From Trichormus sp. ATA11-4-KO1 (GTDB lineage: Bacteria > Cyanobacteriota > Cyanobacteriia > Cyanobacteriales > Nostocaceae): a stretch of DNA of 64,000 nt. The stretch is taken from assembly GCA_019358915.1 (NCBI GenBank), contig JAHHIM010000024.1, positions 10,202 to 74,201 of the forward strand. Direction: 5' to 3'. Of the stretch, positions 18,938 through 30,178 are shown piece after piece (position 1 is the stretch's first letter; each line of letters begins with the position of its first letter). The position numbers and the translations under genes are program-made. Under the pieces are notes generated by a model, which worked only from the letters and a program-made list of their open reading frames with translations, did not search any database and had not been told where the DNA came from.

Positions 18938-19681
18938 TTACCGTACAGGGAAATTGGCGCTGGAATCGATAGAAACAGGAACACCTTGCGGTTTAGTGTT
19001 TCTTGTCATGTCAGGAATTTGGATGTTTGCCAGGTTAACTGGTGTGTAGACAACTGTCTTGATTTCGATAGAACTGGCTAATTCCAAGAAATTCTTGATA
19101 TCGCCTGATTTATACCGCGCATCTTCTAACTTGTCACGCCAGTAGTCACCGTAGCGGGGTGTCACTAGATTAAAGGGTCTATCTTGGAAACGCCGCCGTT
19201 GGTAGGGAACGATATTTTCCCCAAAGTTGGTTTGATACTCTTGAGAGTCGATCAAAGCATCAACAAATCCATTCCAACCGAGAGTGGCTATCTTGATTGA
19301 CCAAGCAATCTCTTCGTCTTTGTTATAAGATGCACGACCTAAAAGTCGTTTGAGGGCAATTTCTACGAGGCGATAGTTGGAGTTGGTTTGTACTACTAAA
19401 TTCCGCAAGGCTTCGGATTTAGCCAAACCCCGGATGAAGTCCCGCACAGTAATTGCTCTATTCTTTACCTGAGATTCTAAATTGCTCTGGCGGTAGAATT
19501 TCAGGATTTCATGTTCGCTAAAAACCTGCCGATAGGCTGCCCAAATTAACTCTTGGATTTCACCATCAAAGGCATAGTCTTCAATGCGGTAAATTCTGGG
19601 GGTATCTTCGTTAGGTACTTCGTAACCAGGGACGCGTTGGTTTTGGGAACTAGGTTTATATTGCAGTAAAGGGATTGCCAT
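18938..19681 (-). CDS. cpcG2: Phycobilisome rod-core linker CpcG (CpcG2-like)
   Basis: [17 protein letters not shown] and PBS linker domain; 247 aa. Confidence 0.85.
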   Translation of the reverse strand: MAIPLLQYKPSSQNQRVPGYEVPNEDTPRIYRIEDYAFDGEIQELIWAAYRQVFSEHEILKFYRQSNLESQVKNRAITVRDFIRGLAKSEALRNLVVQTNSNYRLVEIALKRLLGRASYNKDEEIAWSIKIATLGWNGFVDALIDSQEYQTNFGENIVPYQRRRFQDRPFNLVTPRYGDYWRDKLEDARYKSGDIKNFLELASSIEIKTVVYTPVNLANIQIPDMTRNTKPQGVPVSIDSSANFPVR

Positions 19682-19734
19682 AGTGGATGTGTGGGTGTGA
19701 GTTGGTCTTGGTCATTTGTCCCATGACTCATGCC

Positions 19735-20574
19735 TTAATTTGTCCGGGTTGCCGGAATGTAACGGTAAGGTAGGGACACGGCTGTGGGTTTCACGGTTGG
19801 TTGTGGAGTCCCAACTTCGCGGGAGTTGTCTGGAATCTCCATATCTTTGATTTGGGAAGTAACTGAAGCAATGGTGCGCTGGTAGTTACGTTCGTTGGTA
19901 ATCATCTTCCCTGCCATATCTAGGAAGTTGGCGGGAATTACCCGGCGAATCTCTTGTTGAGTGGCGTATCCTGTAGTGCGGGCGTTGTAGAAGGAACGAC
20001 CACCTAGATAAGTCATGGTTTGGCGATCGCGCCAGTAGGAATTGTAGCGGGGATTAACTAAGTTAAAGGGTCTGTCTTGGAAGCGACGGCGTTGAAAAGG
20101 TACGATGTCATCGCCAAAGTTTTGCAGGTACTCTTCGCTGTCTAAGAGACTATCAATGAAACCGTGCAATCCCTTGGTGCCAATCACAATCGACCAGGCA
20201 ATTTCCTCGTCTTTGTTGTAGGCAGCACGTCCTAAAAACCGTTTTAAGGTGATATCAACTAAGCGGTAGTTGGAGTTGAGTTCTGCTACCTGTGTCCGGT
20301 AAACTTCCGACTTGCCCAATCCCCGAATAAAATCGCGGACGTTAATAGCCCGATTTCGCAGTTGCGATTCTAAAAATTTTTGGCGATTGCTGTCGATAAT
20401 TAGATGTTCGCTGAAAATTTGCCGATATGCTGCCCAAATGATGGCATCAATATCTGTATCTGAGGTAGCAGCCGCCAACCGGTACATGATTGGTGTATCT
20501 TCGTTGGGTACTTCGTAGCCTTCTACACGTTGATTTTGCGAAGAGGGTGAATAATTCAGTAATGGTATTGACAT
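19735..20574 (-). CDS. cpcG1: Phycobilisome rod-core linker CpcG (CpcG1-like)
   Basis: MSIPLLNYSPSSQNQRV and PBS linker domain; 279 aa; first cpcG after cpcF. Confidence 0.85.
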   Translation of the reverse strand: MSIPLLNYSPSSQNQRVEGYEVPNEDTPIMYRLAAATSDTDIDAIIWAAYRQIFSEHLIIDSNRQKFLESQLRNRAINVRDFIRGLGKSEVYRTQVAELNSNYRLVDITLKRFLGRAAYNKDEEIAWSIVIGTKGLHGFIDSLLDSEEYLQNFGDDIVPFQRRRFQDRPFNLVNPRYNSYWRDRQTMTYLGGRSFYNARTTGYATQQEIRRVIPANFLDMAGKMITNERNYQRTIASVTSQIKDMEIPDNSREVGTPQPTVKPTAVSLPYRYIPATRTN

Positions 20575-20614
20575 ATTTACTTTTGCCTTGTTTTATGGTA
20601 CATAAATCAAGTTA

Positions 20615-21229
20615 TTAGCTATAGGCTAGCTGTACACGGGCCCGGACTGCCTTTTCCACATCGGTTGCTAGCATCTCTTTGAGTCTAGTCTGGATGGGTT
20701 GCTGTAAATCGGGTATTTTGGCCAAGGCTTGCAGACCCACAACGGCGGCATAACGTATTGACCATTCCGAGTCTTGGGAAATGAAAAGCAGCGCTTCCCA
20801 AGCTTTTTTAGGTGCTGTGTGGCTGTCGGGAAAGTTGAGCTGATGCCAGTGCAGGTTTCCTAATCCCTTCGCAGCAGCACGGCGGACACTAGGGGCAAAG
20901 TCTGTAGTTGCTGCTGTGATTAAAACATCTAAAGCACGGGGGTCAGCGATCGCCGCTAAGGTCCGAATCGAATAAGCCCGTGCCCCATAGTTATAATCAT
21001 CAATTTGGGTTAGCAATTGTGGTACTGCTATTTGTCCAAATTCTGTGAGTGCAGCTACTGCCACCGTTGCAGCTGCTGGGTTGTTATAACCAAACACCGC
21101 TATTAAGGTGGGAATGGCTGCGACATCTTTCGCTGCTGCTAAGTTTTGCACTGCCGCCACCATTTTTGCTGGTGTATCTGCCAGGGCGACGGCACAAATT
21201 AATTCATCAGTCAAGTCGCTTCGCTCCAA
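20615..21229 (-). CDS. cpcF: Phycocyanin alpha-subunit PCB lyase subunit F
   Basis: HEAT repeats, FGYNNP, DDYNYGARAY and DFAPSVRRAAAKGLG; start may be a few codons downstream. Confidence 0.92.
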   Translation of the reverse strand: MERSDLTDELICAVALADTPAKMVAAVQNLAAAKDVAAIPTLIAVFGYNNPAAATVAVAALTEFGQIAVPQLLTQIDDYNYGARAYSIRTLAAIADPRALDVLITAATTDFAPSVRRAAAKGLGNLHWHQLNFPDSHTAPKKAWEALLFISQDSEWSIRYAAVVGLQALAKIPDLQQPIQTRLKEMLATDVEKAVRARVQLAYS

Positions 21230-21285
21230 TTAGTAATTAGTAATTCGTAATTCGTAGTTCGTAATTACGAATTACTAATTATTAA
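21228..21285. repeat. STRR-type heptamer repeats (TAATTAG/TAATTCG) in inverted arrangement
   Basis: AATTAGT-AATTAGT-AATTCGT-AATTCGT-AGTTCGT-AATTACG-AATTACT between cpcE and cpcF. Confidence 0.75.
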
Positions 21286-21288
21286 TAA

Positions 21289-22119
21289 CTACAACAGTGA
21301 ATCCATCAGGTTCATCACCCGGATTGCATTATCAGAAACAGATACAGCATCGAACTCTTGGGTGAGTTGATGCTCTAGCAATCCTTTGAGGGCGATGAGT
21401 TTGAAGCTGTTTTCTGCTTTGGCGTTAGCGATCGCCTCTGCTGCTGCCATATAGCCGATTGCACCCAAATCGCCTAAGGCAACGCGGCGCAATTTCAGGT
21501 CACCAATGTCCAACATCTTCACTAACCGTTCCCCATAAATAGGGTTTTGTGTCAGTTGGTACATGGCTCTGGCTGCGGCACACTGTACTCGTGGAACTTC
21601 ATGCTCCAAGAAAGGTTGAATTAGAGAAATCGCTTCAGTTGCACCAATAGCTCCCAAGGCTTCTAATACCGCTTCATAGGGCTGAGTTAGATGAGGGCAT
21701 CCCGGTATTTGCACGGCCTGTGCGATACCCCCATCTAACATTTTTATGAGTGCTGGCACCGCAGTTTGATCACCCAGCATTTGCAGGGACTGGGCTGCTG
21801 CTTCTCGAACATAAAAGTCAGGGCATTCTAAGCACTCAATTAAGCCTGGTACAGCTTTGGCATTCCCTAGTTTTCCCAGTGCTCTGGCTGCATTGCGTCG
21901 TAGGGGATAACCGCCCAGTTCTGTTCTGTCGGCTTCATCTTTTAACGCCGCAATTAAAGCATCTACAGCAGCTGGTTGATTGACCCGGAACTTGCCCAGC
22001 CACCAAGCTGCATAATAGCGGAGACTTAAATCTGATGATTGCAGGTTGGCGATTGCTAGCTCTGGTGTAAGCTGTGGCGCATTCTCAGCAGAATGTTCTG
22101 CTGCATTGGGTTCTATCAT
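21289..22119 (-). CDS. cpcE: Phycocyanin alpha-subunit PCB lyase subunit E
   Basis: LRYYAAWWLG, GGYPLRRNAARALGKLG and ENSFKLIALKG. Confidence 0.95.
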   Translation of the reverse strand: MIEPNAAEHSAENAPQLTPELAIANLQSSDLSLRYYAAWWLGKFRVNQPAAVDALIAALKDEADRTELGGYPLRRNAARALGKLGNAKAVPGLIECLECPDFYVREAAAQSLQMLGDQTAVPALIKMLDGGIAQAVQIPGCPHLTQPYEAVLEALGAIGATEAISLIQPFLEHEVPRVQCAAARAMYQLTQNPIYGERLVKMLDIGDLKLRRVALGDLGAIGYMAAAEAIANAKAENSFKLIALKGLLEHQLTQEFDAVSVSDNAIRVMNLMDSLL

Positions 22120-22129
22120 TGCCAGGAAG

Positions 22130-22393
22130 TTAGTTTTCTATGGCTACGCCACGCAAGCTATCAGCGCTCAATGGCTCAATTTTGATGATTTTGCCACCTA
22201 GGCGGTTAATCCGTTGCATTTCTTCGTTCATCCGACTGTATGGCACGGTAATGAATACACTGCCGCTACGACGGATATCGAATTTATTTTTGTCGGTTTC
22301 TGAGTTTTGGCGCAAGCCTACGACTTCATAACGAAATACTCGGCTTGCAGATGAAGAAACGCTACCAGCCCCAAGTGTGGTTTGACCGAACAT
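22130..22393 (-). CDS. cpcD: Rod-capping linker CpcD
   Basis: SRVFRYEVVGLRQ...VPYSRMNEEMQRINRLGGKIIKIEP. Confidence 0.95.
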   Translation of the reverse strand: MFGQTTLGAGSVSSSASRVFRYEVVGLRQNSETDKNKFDIRRSGSVFITVPYSRMNEEMQRINRLGGKIIKIEPLSADSLRGVAIEN

Positions 22394-22436
22394 TACTTCT
22401 ATATCTCCTCTACTGTTTGAGTAACGTAACGCTACC

Positions 22437-23297
22437 TTACGCTGACGTAATGCTGGCGATTTTGCCGCCTACTCGATGAATCTGCTGCATTTTGTCTAAC
22501 AACCGCTCGTAAGGTACAATAAACACTGTACTGCTACGACGCACACTGGGATAGCCAGTGCCACGGATTGCTGTTACTTCAATGCGGTAAACGCGATCGC
22601 CTTGACCCACAGCATTACCTAAATTCTTCTTGGGCGCTACATCTGCTGATGCCCGGAAATTCCAGTTATCATTACTTCCAGATGGGCCAACAATGGAGGA
22701 AGCTTTGTTACTAGCTAACTCTTGCGCTAACCGCGATTTTTTCCCTTCTACTTGAGCGCGATCGCTATTGGCATAACCCCGGTATAACCGGAAAAGACGG
22801 TTAAAACCTACAGTTTTTTGTCCCGGTTGAGTTTCAAAACCACGATAATAAGGGACAATGCTGTCGCCAAAGTTGTTTTGGTACTCTACAGAATCAATGT
22901 AGGAGTCAATTTCCGCGTCGTAACCTTTTGTTTGGTACAAGTCTAGGTGGTAAACAACTTCCGATTCATCGTAGGGCGCACGACCCAAAAGATGCTTGTA
23001 GTTGAGTTCAATCAACCGGGTTTGGAAACTGTTATAAAAAAACTTGGTTTTGTAGAGTTCTGATTTGGCAACGCTGCGAACAAACTCTCGCACTGTCAGG
23101 TTGCCGTCCCGCAAGAGTGATTCTGCACTAACCAGACGTTCTGATGCCATCAAATAGTCATTACCCAAAACTTGCCGATAAACGGCGCGGATAACTACCT
23201 CTACTTCATCTTTGCTGGCGTTAGGGCGCAGTTCAACTCGACGTACCTCGCTAAAAGGCTCTGTTCCTAGCCTTGATGCTGCTGCTGTAATTGCCAT
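22437..23297 (-). CDS. cpcC: Phycocyanin rod linker CpcC
   Basis: [29 protein letters not shown] and C-terminal CpcD-like domain. Confidence 0.96.
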
Positions 23298-23393
23298 TTT
23301 TCTTCACTACCTATTTATTTGCATTTCGGCTGCTTTTGCCGAGTGCTGGCTTTGCTAAAGCTTTTCTTTTTAATCTCTGCCTAAATAAAACTT

Positions 23394-23457
23394 TGCCCGG
23401 GGCGAGATCCAACTGCTGGGTGACTCCATCCAACACTTGCATCCCTCTCCGGGCAAG
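23394..23457 (-). terminator. Stem-loop after cpcA (partial terminator or stabiliser)
   Basis: TTGCCCGG...CCGGGCAA inverted repeat in the cpcA-cpcC spacer. Confidence 0.55.
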
Positions 23458-23465
23458 ATGGCTAT

Positions 23466-23957
23466 CTAGCTAAGAGCGTTGATAGCGTAGTCAAGGTAGG
23501 TGTTGGCTTCGTTAGCAGCTTGTCCAGTCAAACCATGATTGGCTTTGATGTGCTTGAGAGCTTCAACGTACCAGCTGGGAGACAAATCAAAGGAGCTGTT
23601 GATTTCAGCCAAGCCAGCGATTAAATATTCATCCAAGGGGCCTGTACCACCAGCAACCAAGCTGTAGGTAACGATACGTAGGTAGTGACCAACGTCACGA
23701 GCACACTTGGATTTACCACGGCTGTCAGCAGCAAACTGAGGGCCTGCTGTTTGGGTGGTGTAGGGGAATTTTTGGTATACAGCTTGGGTTGCACCATCAA
23801 TTAGACGTTGTGCATTGGCGGTCAAACCACGAGCAGCTTCCATGCTAGCAATAGCACGTACATAACGACCGTTAACTGCTTGCAGTTCGGTGTTGCTTAA
23901 GAAACGTCCTTGGGTATCAGCAGACGCAATTGCTTCGGTAATCGGTGTCTTAACCAT
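23466..23957 (-). CDS. cpcA: C-phycocyanin alpha subunit
   Basis: [26 protein letters not shown] and [14 protein letters not shown]. Confidence 0.98.
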   Translation of the reverse strand: MVKTPITEAIASADTQGRFLSNTELQAVNGRYVRAIASMEAARGLTANAQRLIDGATQAVYQKFPYTTQTAGPQFAADSRGKSKCARDVGHYLRIVTYSLVAGGTGPLDEYLIAGLAEINSSFDLSPSWYVEALKHIKANHGLTGQAANEANTYLDYAINALS

Positions 23958-24039
23958 CTTCTAAAATCTCCTTGGTATTTCGTAAATTTTGGACTGGTTA
24001 CCTATATTTATAGGTGCTGGGCTTTTTGTTAACGTGCTA

Positions 24040-24561
24040 TTAAGCAACAGCAGCAGCAGCACGATCAAAGTAGCTAGCTACTTCAGACATCAATTGGCTG
24101 CAATCGCCTTTGGTGATACCGTTAGGATCGTTAGCAATGCTAACCGCAGCATCTTTCATTTTTTGCACGCCTACAGCTACGGAAGAACCAGGTGTACCCA
24201 AAGCTTGGTAGGTTTCACGCAAACCGTTCAAGCAACGGTCATCTAGAACACTGGCATCACCAGCCAAAATAGCGTAGGTGACGTAGCGCAAGATGATTTC
24301 CATGTCGCGTAGACAAGCAGCCATACGACGGTTGGTGTAAGCATTACCACCAGGAGCAATCAGTTGGGGTTGTTCTTCAAACAAAGAACGAGCAGCGTTG
24401 GTAACGATCGCGGAAGCGTTGCTGGTGATGCGGTTAACAACATCCAAGCGCTTGTTGCCTTCTCTAACAACGTTGGATAGAGCATCTAGTTGCTCGTTGC
24501 TGAGGAACTCGCCTCTAGAGTCAGCTTGAGAAACTACCTTGGTGAATACATCTAATGTCAT
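24040..24561 (-). CDS. cpcB: C-phycocyanin beta subunit
   Basis: [33 protein letters not shown] and GDCSQLMSE. Confidence 0.98.
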   Translation of the reverse strand: MTLDVFTKVVSQADSRGEFLSNEQLDALSNVVREGNKRLDVVNRITSNASAIVTNAARSLFEEQPQLIAPGGNAYTNRRMAACLRDMEIILRYVTYAILAGDASVLDDRCLNGLRETYQALGTPGSSVAVGVQKMKDAAVSIANDPNGITKGDCSQLMSEVASYFDRAAAAVA

Positions 24562-25443
24562 GAACTTTAATCTCCTAATTCCTTAGTTGAGAGATGACTA
24601 GATTAAAACTGGCAATGTTTTATCAAATCGGAATGGTTGAAAACAGACTAGGGATCAAACTGCTTCTCGGTTAGTCTCAAATCCCTTTGCTACTACATGA
24701 ACTAGAAATTATGAGAATCTGGGGTGATTTATGAGAAGCTGGCAAACTTTACAGATTGATTGCCTTGTTTAACTTTTGTCTGTTATTTAACCCCTCCAGA
24801 TTATGTTTATACAATGCTATAGATCCTTTATTTGTTACAAATTGTGAATAAATAAGATGCATGAATAAGAATCCCCTCAAATGCTTTACATACAAGGACT
24901 CTACCTGAGAAATATCCAGGATTTTCGTAACATAACTTCGTATTTAGTACATTTATCAGCTAAAAACACTGTTTTTATATTTTCTTAAGATTTCTACAAA
25001 CCTTGAGATAGCAACAGATCGCAGTTTATCTTGTACGGAGAATCAGTACAGTCTTTATTAAGAACTTTTAACTTCATATTTCTAAATATTTGTTGTGAGT
25101 GGTTGTAACTCATCTTTTCAGAATGGGTAGGAGGAGAAAACTTCACAATTCTCAATAGTGGGGGAGCGGGCAAGGCTGTTTCATTCGCTTGTGTTGGAGA
25201 TTTGTCAAGAGGATAATCTCACGCAAAGGCGCAAAGACGCAAAGAAAAATCAGGTATTTCGGACTGAAGATGCCAAAATTTTCGGTCTTAATTGTGGATT
25301 TGCCCTTGCAATTTTAACCCTTTTAGGGAACGAATCAGCCCTGGGGGAGCGGGGGAGCATGGGAGTAGTAATTTAATTTTTGGAGTTACCTAAATATATA
25401 TAAATAAGTTTTTTTCTCCTCTACCCCTCCGCCCCTCCGTCTC

Positions 25444-25911
25444 CTATGCAGCGCCAATACATAACGCCTCTAGGGCAAGGGTGATGCGCGATCGCACAAC
25501 TTGATCTGCTTCTTGAGCCATCGCCTGTTGTAAGGCAGCCTGAGCCTGTTGTGTGGCAATTTCTTGCAGAGATACCACAGCAGCATAACGTAGTCTCCAG
25601 TCTTCAGGAGTGAGCAAAGCCCAAGTGAGCTTTTCCTCAGTACAGAGAATTATTTCTGTGTCGTGAGAATTACTACCAATCTTTCCCAGTCCCCGCGTAG
25701 CGATGCGACGGACATTTCCCTGACAGTGATTAGCTACTGTTGTTCCCATAACTGCGGCTAACAAATCAAAAGCTCTCTCGTCGCCAATTTGAGCTAAAGC
25801 CTGAATAATATAGGCTGGGAATCCCTGATCGCTCAAAGTCTCAAAGGCGGCAATTAAGGGTACTACCGTTGCTGGAGCTAATTCCACATCTCTCATCAAC
25901 CAGGGCATCAC
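25444..25911 (-). pseudogene. pecF: PecF-like phycoviolobilin lyase-isomerase subunit, apparently 5'-truncated
   Basis: DQGF..IIQALAQIGD, VANHCQGNVRRIA.RGLG and WALLTPEDW.LRYAA; immediately upstream of cpcB, but no pecBACE present. Confidence 0.7.
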
Positions 25912-25933
25912 ACAGATTTCTCAGATTTAAGTT

Positions 25934-26893
25934 CTAAGAGGAGATCGCAACTCGTCGCCGGAGAACTTCTAGCAGAGTTGTGAATGTTTGAGGGGGGGGG
26001 GCTGTCACCTCAATCCAAGCCTCAGAGACTGGATGTTGCAACTTTAGTCGCCAAGCGTGCAGTGCTTGACCTGGTAGATTTACACCGACAGAACGACCAG
26101 AACCGTAAACTGGGTCACCAACAATGGGATGACCGATTTTGGCGCTGTGGACACGAATTTGATGGGTGCGTCCAGTTTCTAATTGAAAGAGGATTAATGT
26201 ATAGTTACCCAAGCGTTCTAGTACCTGCCAATCAGTGATGGCAGACCTACCGCCTTTTTCTGTAGGGACAACTGCCATTTTCTTACGGTCTTGAGGATGG
26301 CGACCAATAGGGAAATCAATGCTGCCACTTGCAGTTTTTGGCGCACCATAAACCACACCCAAATATTCTCGCCGTGCAGTTTTTGCCTGGAGTTGTGCTT
26401 GCAGGCTTTGATAAGCAATATCGGTTTTAGCAATAGCGATCGCCCCTGTTGTATCCTTATCCAATCGATGGACAATTCCCGGACGTTGGACACCGCCAAT
26501 ACCCGGTAAGTTGGGACAGTGTGCCAACAAAGCATTGACCAGAGTGCCATCTGGGTGACCGGGTGCAGGATGGACGACTAAGCCAGCAGGTTTGTTAAGA
26601 ATAAGTAGCTGGTCGTCTTCGTAGAGAATATCTAGGGGGATAGCTTCTGCTTGTAGTTCTAGGGGTTGGACTTCTGGGATTTCTAAGGTGATGCGATCGC
26701 CTGCTTTCACATTAACTTTTTTGGTTGTGCAGACTTTGGCGTTAAGTTGAACATTACCCTGTTCAATTAATTGTTGGATGCGAGAACGAGATAAGTCTGG
26801 TAGTTCTTGTGCAAGGTAGCGGTCAAGGCGTTCACCAGAGGTATTGGCAAAGCGATCGCTGTATTCTTCGACTTGTAAATTAAATTCGGTCAC
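25934..26893 (-). CDS. rluD: RluA/RluD-family pseudouridine synthase
   Basis: S4 domain (RLDRYLA...LSRSRIQ), NKPAGLVVHP, HRLDKDTTG and TGRTHQIRVH. Confidence 0.9.
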   Translation of the reverse strand: MTEFNLQVEEYSDRFANTSGERLDRYLAQELPDLSRSRIQQLIEQGNVQLNAKVCTTKKVNVKAGDRITLEIPEVQPLELQAEAIPLDILYEDDQLLILNKPAGLVVHPAPGHPDGTLVNALLAHCPNLPGIGGVQRPGIVHRLDKDTTGAIAIAKTDIAYQSLQAQLQAKTARREYLGVVYGAPKTASGSIDFPIGRHPQDRKKMAVVPTEKGGRSAITDWQVLERLGNYTLILFQLETGRTHQIRVHSAKIGHPIVGDPVYGSGRSVGVNLPGQALHAWRLKLQHPVSEAWIEVTAPPPQTFTTLLEVLRRRVAISS

Positions 26894-27600
26894 AGTTCGT
26901 CTGGATTAATTCCTCGTTCTTGCAGTAAAGCATAAAGAGCTTGCAACTTGGCTTCAGCTTGTTCATCTCTAGCTTCAGCTTGCTCCGCACGTTGTCTTTC
27001 TTGCTGTCGTTGCTGGTCTAATTCCCAATAGGTGAGAAAGCGATCGCCATCAGGACGATAGATTTGCAGTTCTTTTTGAGACAACTCAAAGCGCACCCCC
27101 AATCTGGGACTTACCCAACCAGCCATTTGGTCAATTACTTCTAATCGTGAGTTCCGAAACTGCCAACCTGTCAAGTCAACTACATCAGGTTCATACAGAT
27201 AATATTCTTTTACACCGTAGCGCTCATAAAACTCAATTTTTTTCGCCATTTTCGAGATCCGGTTTCCAGGCGACCAAGTTTCAAACACTACTTGCGGCGG
27301 AATATTGTCTTCGAGCCACTGTTTATAAGAGCCTCGGTATCCTTTTTGTCTACCAAATACTACCATCACATCGGGAGCTTGGCGCAGCTTGTTATCACCT
27401 TCTACGGGATACCACAGCAAGTCACCAGCGACAAACACATTTGGGTCATTGGCAAACAGCAGTTCTAAATTCTCTTTAATCCACACAATCAATTCAAACT
27501 GCTTGGTGTTGTCTGCCATTAGTTGTCCGTCGCTGTCGGGGTAGATGATGCCTTTTTGGGTAGAAGATGGTAGCTGTGTGACCATTGTGGTGATTCCCAT
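26890..27600 (-). CDS. Uma2-family endonuclease-like protein (DUF820)
   Basis: YPDSDGQLMADNT, APDVMVVFG, PQVVFE and FYERYGVKEYYLYEP; coiled-coil tail. Confidence 0.88.
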   Translation of the reverse strand: MGITTMVTQLPSSTQKGIIYPDSDGQLMADNTKQFELIVWIKENLELLFANDPNVFVAGDLLWYPVEGDNKLRQAPDVMVVFGRQKGYRGSYKQWLEDNIPPQVVFETWSPGNRISKMAKKIEFYERYGVKEYYLYEPDVVDLTGWQFRNSRLEVIDQMAGWVSPRLGVRFELSQKELQIYRPDGDRFLTYWELDQQRQQERQRAEQAEARDEQAEAKLQALYALLQERGINPDEL

Positions 27601-28911
27601 TTAACAGGTGGCATGTTTAATTTTAACGAATCGCCACAAACGGCACAATTATTTCAACAGACAAGCTGCTTGAGAGATAGATAATATCCGCAACCATCGA
27701 CACAAAGACACACTTGTTACCTTTTATTTTCCTAAGTGAAATAACAAACTGTATGAGATAAATACTGTTTGTCATATTTTTCTTAAAAATCCGGTTATAA
27801 ATCAGAACTTGCGTAATTACAAACTAGAACATCCCACTTAAAAACAACTTTATTATTATTTGATTGATATGTTTATCTTGTCATAGAAATAACTATGTAA
27901 TTACTTACACCTAACAATTTATTACATTCCATGTGTTATCAATGTTTCTATACTATCGTTAATTTTAGTTTTTTGTAATCCCGTAGTATTACGGTAACTC
28001 TTGTCAAAGTAGGCTTTCCGGAAAAAATATCACTATTGTCTATTTATATTTGCTTTACTTATTTATCAATATATTCATACAACTTTTTCGCCTTTTTGGG
28101 AAAATTATAGTAATCTAAAATATAGTAAGTAAATGACTTACTATCTACCATTTAGCTGAAAAAAGCTACTATTCTGGTATTTACTACACTTGTTGGATTT
28201 TGCGGTCAATTCGGCGATTCATTAGTCAAAATGGTGCAGGGTGACTATTTATCACCACACAACACTAGACATCCTTTCCAGTGCTTATGAAGTGTTTGCC
28301 TACTGCTAAGTCAGACGCTATTGTATTTCCAAAAACATCTTAATTATCGCCAGACTCGCCTTTAGTATGCAGGCGATAATTTTGCCCAAGCTTGACTGGA
28401 GATAAAATCTACAATCTTGAACTTGGGTAAGGTATTGCCTCTGATTATACTTAATTCAACAGATACATTGTATCTAGCAAAACCCGCCCTCTAATCGCTT
28501 ATTGGCTGCAATCTCAATCTATGAAATACGGAATTTAGCAGTGCTTTTGTTACTGCTGGGCTACAGCCAATAGTCTGTATGCGGCAGTTGAGTTACTGTT
28601 AAATTAGCCAGATTAGTGAAAAATACAGAAAGTAAAATAGTATTTCAAATACTATTTTCTGGCAACCTGTCGGGTAATTTTGCTATTTGGCAATAGCATA
28701 ACTGGGTCTACCAAGGTGAATTGTAGTTTGATGAACTATAGCTTAGCAGATATTGGGGAATTCGGAGTTAGGGGTGAAGAGTCTCTGTACTAACCCAAAT
28801 GTGACCGTTATATTTATCTGAACACTACTTTTGAAAATCTCGTTGTGAATTCCGAAAAGGCTATTCACTAATTTTGACGGTGGATGTTAATTATATCTCA
28901 AATCTGTCCCG

Positions 28912-30000
28912 ATGAAGACACTTCCCATTAGTAGATATAGATTTTTCCAAAAACTCCAGCCCATATCTCTTTTAAAAAAAATCACTAGTAAGACGGTTAC
29001 TGGTTGTTTGCAAGTATTTAGCACATCAGGTTCTTGGTCAATATATATAGAGGAGGGTAAGCTGATTTATGCCTGCTACTCTGAGAAAATGTTTGAGCCG
29101 CTTTACAGAAACTTACAAAGCTTAAGTCAGCAAATCTCAACTCTTCCTCGCGGAATTCATGAGCAGTTGCAGGCAATATTTGAAAATGGTATTGAGAATC
29201 AGGCAATACCAAATCCAGATTATTTGGCTATTTGTTGGTTAGTCAGCCAGAAATATATTAGTCCCTCCCAAGCAGGGATACTGATTGAACAATTGGCACT
29301 AGAAGTCCTAGACTCATTTCTGGCCTTAGAAGAGGGAAGTTATGAATTTATTCCGGATAGCTTCCTAGATGACATGCCAAAGTACTGCCATCTCAATCTC
29401 CGCTTATTAGTCGAACAGTGTCAAAACTTTAGCCGTGATGGGACTTATCAAGAGAAATCACCAACTTCTTCAGTGCAACCTGCGCCATTAGCGCAGATAA
29501 ATCAGCCACAACCTGCGAAAACATTTCCCATAGTCAATAACAGCAATAAAGCGGCACAATTTAACGGTGCAGCGACTAACCATTTTCATACTATCTATAA
29601 TAACGGCCAGCAGAATAAGGCATCTGCTGAAAAGAAACTCTACACAATATTCTGTATTGATGACAGTCCTGCGGTACTGAATACCATAAAAAGTTTTTTA
29701 GATGAGCAAATATTTTCTGTTGTCGGAGTTACCAATTCTCTAAACGCTTTAATGCAAATTCTCCGCACCAAACCAGACATAATTTTATTAGACGTTGATA
29801 TGCCTAATTTAGATGGTTATGAATTATGCTCTTTATTGCGTAAGCATTCCTATTTTAAACACACACCCGTGATTATGGTGACAGGTAGAACAGGACTAAT
29901 AGATAGAGCCAGGGCTAAGATAGTCAGAGCCTCAGGATTTTTAGCTAAGCCTTTTACCCAAGGAGACTTATTAAAAACGCTCTTTCAACACATTGAATAA
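28912..30000 (+). CDS. patA: Heterocyst pattern formation response regulator PatA (PATAN + REC)
   Basis: MKTLPISRYRFFQKLQP...TGCLQV N-terminus; C-terminal REC (CIDDSP, LLDVDMP, FLAKPF). Confidence 0.85.
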   Translation: MKTLPISRYRFFQKLQPISLLKKITSKTVTGCLQVFSTSGSWSIYIEEGKLIYACYSEKMFEPLYRNLQSLSQQISTLPRGIHEQLQAIFENGIENQAIPNPDYLAICWLVSQKYISPSQAGILIEQLALEVLDSFLALEEGSYEFIPDSFLDDMPKYCHLNLRLLVEQCQNFSRDGTYQEKSPTSSVQPAPLAQINQPQPAKTFPIVNNSNKAAQFNGAATNHFHTIYNNGQQNKASAEKKLYTIFCIDDSPAVLNTIKSFLDEQIFSVVGVTNSLNALMQILRTKPDIILLDVDMPNLDGYELCSLLRKHSYFKHTPVIMVTGRTGLIDRARAKIVRASGFLAKPFTQGDLLKTLFQHIE

Positions 30001-30178
30001 TTTTTCATCCGTCAAATAAATATAAAAGATTATTGCTGTTAGAGATTTAGGATTAAGTATTTCTTGGGTAAATAAGTTGGCGAGAATAAATTAATTTACA
30101 GATCGCAAGATCCGGGTGGTTTTGGATCTATACCATCGGTAAAGTAAGGTAATGCCAAAATTCTCTTGATGCAGCTAC

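Noticed and set aside
28700..28720. HetR-binding site upstream of patA (GGGTCTACC)
   Set aside because: Only a half match to the GGG-N5-CCC pattern; not supportable by eye
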